Below, piece by piece: positions 60,108 through 64,000 of a stretch of 64,000 bases of DNA. The stretch is from an uncultured delta proteobacterium (GTDB lineage: Bacteria; Desulfobacterota; Binatia; Binatales; Binataceae). Numbering within the stretch: the stretch's first letter is position 1; every line of letters starts with the position of its first letter. A model generated the notes under the pieces. That model was not told where the DNA came from, made no database searches, and worked only from the letters and a program-made list of their open reading frames with translations. The position numbers were made by a program, and so were the translations under genes. The stretch spans positions 1,248,001 through 1,312,000 of the forward strand of contig CAWJET010000001.1 of the NCBI GenBank assembly GCA_963842085.1, given 5' to 3'.

Positions 60108-61222
60108 ATGGCACGCAAGAATTCAAAGGATCGTGGCTTGTTCGAACAGCCTTCAGGATCGGGCGTTTGGTGGATCTGTCATTTCGATGCCCTCGGCCGG
60201 AGACACCGCGAGAAAGCTGTTCTAAGGGCTTTGCGCGACGACTCTACGAGAAACGTAAGACGGAGATTCGAGAGGCCCGATATTTTCCGCCAGAGCGCCG
60301 AAAGCCCCTGATGTTCGAAGAAGTCCTTGAAAATTACCGCCGAGCGCTGGAGAGGCAGCAAGGCGGTGATGGATGGGGCCCCGAGCGGTTCCGAAGGCTG
60401 AGAGAAACATTCGGGGGGCAACCAGCAGCGGCGATTACTCCAGAGGAGGTGGAGGCATTCCGCGACGAACTTTCAGAAGACCATGCACCGGCAACCGTCA
60501 ATCGGCACCTGCTGCTGCTCCGAGCCGTTTTCTTGCGGGCCATACGCGATCGTAAGGTGGATTCAACTCCCACCAGCAAGGTCCGATTCCATCGCGAAAA
60601 CAACAAACGCGAGCGTTACCTCTCCAACGACGAGGAACGTCGCTTGTTCGAGACGCTTCCAAGTTGGCTTCATCCGCTCGTCACTGTCGCGCTTCACACA
60701 GGGATGCGCAAAGGCGAGCTGCTGAAGCTAATGTGGTCAGATGTCGATTTCGCAACAGGGACGATCCACGTGCGCGATCCGAAATCAGGTGAAAATGAAC
60801 ACGTCCTCATGAACGAAACGACCAAGCGCGCCCTCAAAACCCTCTCGGATTCCCGGACGAGGGTGGTCGATCTCAAAGATGCTGTCGCGCGACCTCTAAA
60901 TCGTTACGTGTTCACCGCTCCGGTAGGCGGATACATTCACGTCCTGAATCGCTATTGGTACCCGGCCCTGCGGCGAGCTGGAATCGAGGGCCTCCGATTC
61001 CATGACCTGCGTCACACCTTCGCGTCACGTGTCGCGATGAGCGGTGTCGACTTGTACACTCTGCAAGCGTTAATGCGACATCGCAGTCCCCAGATGACCC
61101 AGCGCTATGCACATCTCAGCGCGGCGCATCAGCGTGAGGCGATCGGACTGCTCGACCGTTGGCGACAGCGGTCCGAGAGGCCCGATGACGATTCCGGCAG
61201 TGGCAGTTTTGGTGGCAGTTGA
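60108..61222 (+). pseudogene. Tyrosine integrase, copy 2, 1-bp frameshift near 60219
   Basis: MARKNSKDRGLFE..REKA in one frame, KGFARRLYEKRK..HDLRH..QRY in another. Confidence 0.85.
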
Positions 61223-61313
61223 TCTCTTGAAAACAACGGTCTCCAACGAGCTCAGGCGATGAAAAGTGTTGATAATCCACGGATTGTTCGGAAAAGAGGG
61301 CGGTTGTTATCGC

Positions 61314-61359
61314 TCTCATAACCCGGAGGTCGAAGGTTCAAATCCTTCCCCCGCAAATA
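61314..61359 (+). repeat. att site: 3' half of initiator tRNA-Met
   Basis: Identical to 9781-9826. Confidence 0.9.
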
Positions 61360-61620
61360 CGCTTACACCTTGGGAAGTTCCCCGGTTCGCGTGTCCATTG
61401 GATGCGCCGCGGTATGCGTGCGGGCATTCTGATAAATGTCCATCCCGGGTCTCCTGCGACGGTGTTGAGTTCGCAGCTCTCACCGGCTCACTCCGGGTGC
61501 CGGAGCCGGCCATGATCGTCAATCGGGTCGCGACTTGACGGTGGGTTGGCTAGCCGCTACGGATCGAGTGTTTGTAGAATCAATTGGGAAGTTCCGGTTA
61601 AAGACGAGGAGAAGACTCCG

Positions 61621-62223
61621 ATGGCCCCGAAGTGGAATGCAAAAGGCGATTATTTCGAGACGTGTAACTGCCAGACTCTGTGCCCATGCATCTTTCTGAG
61701 TCCGCCGACCGAGGGGAATTGCACCGTTCTTGTAGGGTGGCACATCGAATCCGGCAAATTCGGTGACGCCTCGCTGGATGGATTCAATGTTGCCGCGCTA
61801 TTCCATTCGCCCGGACCGATGCATCACGGAAACTGGAGCGCCGCGTTGTACCTGGATTCGCGCGCCTCGGCTCAGCAGAGCGACGCTCTCACCAAAATCT
61901 TTTCAGGACAGGCAGGCGGGGCGCCCGCGGCGCTCCATCCGCTCATCAGCAAGGTGCTGGGGGTAAAGAGCGCCGAAATCGCGTACCAGGCAACAGGGCG
62001 ATCCCGCCGCATGACAATCCGGGACGTCGGCGAATCCGAGATCGAAGCGCTCGAGGGCGCAGGCGGCGCGGACGTTACGATCAGCAACCATCCCCTCGGA
62101 ATCGCACCCGGCCATCCAAGCATCGTCTCGCGCTCGAAGTTGCTCAAGTTTCGCGACTACGGCTTCACGCTCGATCTCTCGGGCAGAACCGGGCAGTTTT
62201 CTCCCTTCACGTATGAAGGCTGA
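61621..62223 (+). CDS. DUF1326-family protein
   Basis: GDYFETCNC..CPC..PT.G.C, GWHI, IFSGQAGG; paired with DUF2182. Confidence 0.88.
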   Translation: MAPKWNAKGDYFETCNCQTLCPCIFLSPPTEGNCTVLVGWHIESGKFGDASLDGFNVAALFHSPGPMHHGNWSAALYLDSRASAQQSDALTKIFSGQAGGAPAALHPLISKVLGVKSAEIAYQATGRSRRMTIRDVGESEIEALEGAGGADVTISNHPLGIAPGHPSIVSRSKLLKFRDYGFTLDLSGRTGQFSPFTYEG

Positions 62224-62226
62224 GCT

Positions 62227-63036
62227 GTGAGTCTTTACTCACCTCAGACTTCTGCAGCTCGTGTTGACCCGCCGGCGCAGCTTCCTTCGCGTGAGCGCTT
62301 GATCGTATGGGGCGGAATATTGGCGGTTACAGCTATCTCGTGGCTTATGCTGGCCCGGATGCCGATGCCGGCGTCCGGCATGAACGGCGGCCCGATGGCC
62401 GGGATGACCATGGATGCTGGAGCCGCGGTGTGGTCGCTTCGGGATGCGTGGCTCATCTTCGCGATGTGGACGGTTATGATGGCGGCGATGATGTTGCCGA
62501 GCGCGAGCCCAATGATCGAGATGTATGCGCGAATCGCGCGCGGCCAGAACGCTGAACGCGGCGGGCGCGCGTGGCTTTTTGCGTGCGGATATCTGAGCGC
62601 ATGGACGGGATTCAGCGCTGCGATAACCGTGGTGCAGTACGTTCTGGAACGTACCCGGATCGTCGCCGACTCGATGCGTATGGCGCCTTTTGCTGGCGGC
62701 TTGCTCCTGATTGCCACGGGCGTCTACCAGTTCACTCCTCTCAAGCAAGCGTGTCTGACGCAGTGCCGTTCACCGCTCGGCTTTTTCATGACTGCGTGGC
62801 GCTCCGGCACGCGCGGCGCGTTCGTAATGGGACTGAACCACGGCGCGTTCTGCATTGGATGTTGCTGGATGCTGATGGCGCTCTTGTTCGTGGCGGGTGC
62901 TATGAACCTTGCGTGGGCGGTAGCACTGACGATCTTTGTCCTGCTCGAGAAGGCAACGCCTTGGGGCCGCGTTGTTGCCCGGGCTTCCGGCGCAGTGATG
63001 GTCGCGTCGGGGATTGCACTGGCTGCCCTTGGCTGA
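62227..63036 (+). CDS. DUF2182-family metal-binding membrane protein
   Basis: MWTVMMAAMMLPS, YQFTPLKQACL..CRSP, CIGCCWMLM. Confidence 0.9.
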   Translation: MSLYSPQTSAARVDPPAQLPSRERLIVWGGILAVTAISWLMLARMPMPASGMNGGPMAGMTMDAGAAVWSLRDAWLIFAMWTVMMAAMMLPSASPMIEMYARIARGQNAERGGRAWLFACGYLSAWTGFSAAITVVQYVLERTRIVADSMRMAPFAGGLLLIATGVYQFTPLKQACLTQCRSPLGFFMTAWRSGTRGAFVMGLNHGAFCIGCCWMLMALLFVAGAMNLAWAVALTIFVLLEKATPWGRVVARASGAVMVASGIALAALG

Positions 63037-63258
63037 TTCGACTGATGCGGCCCGGGAAGGCGGCCGATGTTCTCCGCCCCGCCGGCCGAGGGAAGGTTCC
63101 GCATATCGCTGGACAAGCGGGCACCAACGAGAGTAGGCGATCATTCCGAGACCCGTGGCGCGAATGCAGGGTGAAACGCCTTCCGTCGCGAGCGGCAAAT
63201 CACTGATAGCCACCGCGAGTTGCAAAGCGCGGGCGGCGGTAAGGAACGAGAGGGGCGC

Positions 63259-63399
63259 ATGGCAGTCGAAACATCGCGCGACGAATTCTCAGAAGAAAGC
63301 CTTCCTCCTCCTACCGGTACTATCTTCATACTGGGAACCTACATGCTGGTGCTCGCCGTGGGGTGGGCCGTGATGTTCTGGATGCTGCTGGGCAGATAG
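63259..63399 (+). CDS. ba3-type cytochrome c oxidase subunit IIa
   Basis: 46-aa single TM, PTGT...W..F..L.R; directly before subunit II. Confidence 0.7.
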   Translation: MAVETSRDEFSEESLPPPTGTIFILGTYMLVLAVGWAVMFWMLLGR

Positions 63400-63882
63400 A
63401 TGGAACGCTACGAGAAGGCCTTCCTCGCGGCATGCGCGGTAGTGCTGGTGATTTTCCTGTGCGCGCTTGGTTACAGCAGCGTCGAGCTGGGCGTGCATCT
63501 TCCTTCCCATAACGCCATGATTCATTACGAGGCCGGCCAGAAGCTTCGCAGGGTGCTGCGCAAAACGCCGCCGTTCGATCACATAGGAGTGCAGGAAATC
63601 GCGCCGGGCAAATATCAGGCGGTGGTAGTCGCGCAGACCTGGTCCTTCACTCCCGACGAGATCGACGTTCCGGCCGGCGCCGACGTGAGCTTCATCGCAA
63701 CCTCGGCTGACGTGATCCACGGATTTTTCATCCCCGGCACGCGAATCAACATGATGCTGATTCCCGGGCAGATTTCCGAATTCGACTATCGCTTCACCAA
63801 ACCCGGCGAATACCTGCTGATTTGCCACGAATACTGTGGCCGGCTGCATCACACGATGTCCGGAAAGGTGGTGGTCAAATGA
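63400..63882 (+). CDS. cbaB: ba3-type cytochrome c oxidase subunit II
   Basis: One TM, DVIHGF, CHEYCGRLHHTM CuA motif. Confidence 0.9.
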   Translation: MERYEKAFLAACAVVLVIFLCALGYSSVELGVHLPSHNAMIHYEAGQKLRRVLRKTPPFDHIGVQEIAPGKYQAVVVAQTWSFTPDEIDVPAGADVSFIATSADVIHGFFIPGTRINMMLIPGQISEFDYRFTKPGEYLLICHEYCGRLHHTMSGKVVVK

Positions 63883-64000
63883 GTACGGCTGTCGTCTCGG
63901 AGCCGTCCGGCTTCGCGCTACCGCAAAGCCAGTTGAACGTCATCAAATGGAATATCTATTTCGGATTCGCGGTGCTCGCGATCGGCGTCATCCTGGGGCT
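63879..64000 (+). CDS. Heme-copper oxidase subunit I (N-terminus, runs out of the window)
   Basis: ATGA overlap with subunit II; first TM helix visible; identity inferred from gene order. Confidence 0.65.
   Translation, partial: MSTAVVSEPSGFALPQSQLNVIKWNIYFGFAVLAIGVILG

Overview
This GC-rich bacterial window is dominated by a tandem array of integrative elements at an initiator tRNA-Met site. Two related integrative mobilizable element (IME) backbones lie at 862-9826 (intact) and 51615-61359 (decayed, interrupted by an IS3-family element). Each reads XRE repressor, ImmA-like peptidase, lone TrbC/VirB2 pilin, DUF2274, RHH, TrwB-type coupling protein, MOBF relaxase, excisionase and tyrosine integrase, and each ends in an identical 46-bp tRNA-fMet 3' fragment. 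The ~51.5 kb between these att copies holds two serine-recombinase islets, IS elements, a pair of IS5-related MITEs, a phage-satellite remnant and a large K+/NH4+ homeostasis cargo. The cargo comprises Amt with four unannotated membrane microproteins, PII, DUF1646, a KimA-like transporter, two kdp operons (one canonical, one variant), a CPA1-cNMP antiporter, USPs and a divergent PII. It appears to be wired as a sigma54 regulon with a TTTCA-N3-TGAAA enhancer. A putative ~300-400 nt structured ncRNA lies at the left end, and apparent host genes (DUF1326, DUF2182, ba3-type oxidase) resume after 61360. All calls come from reading the sequence and recalled family motifs; no searches were run.
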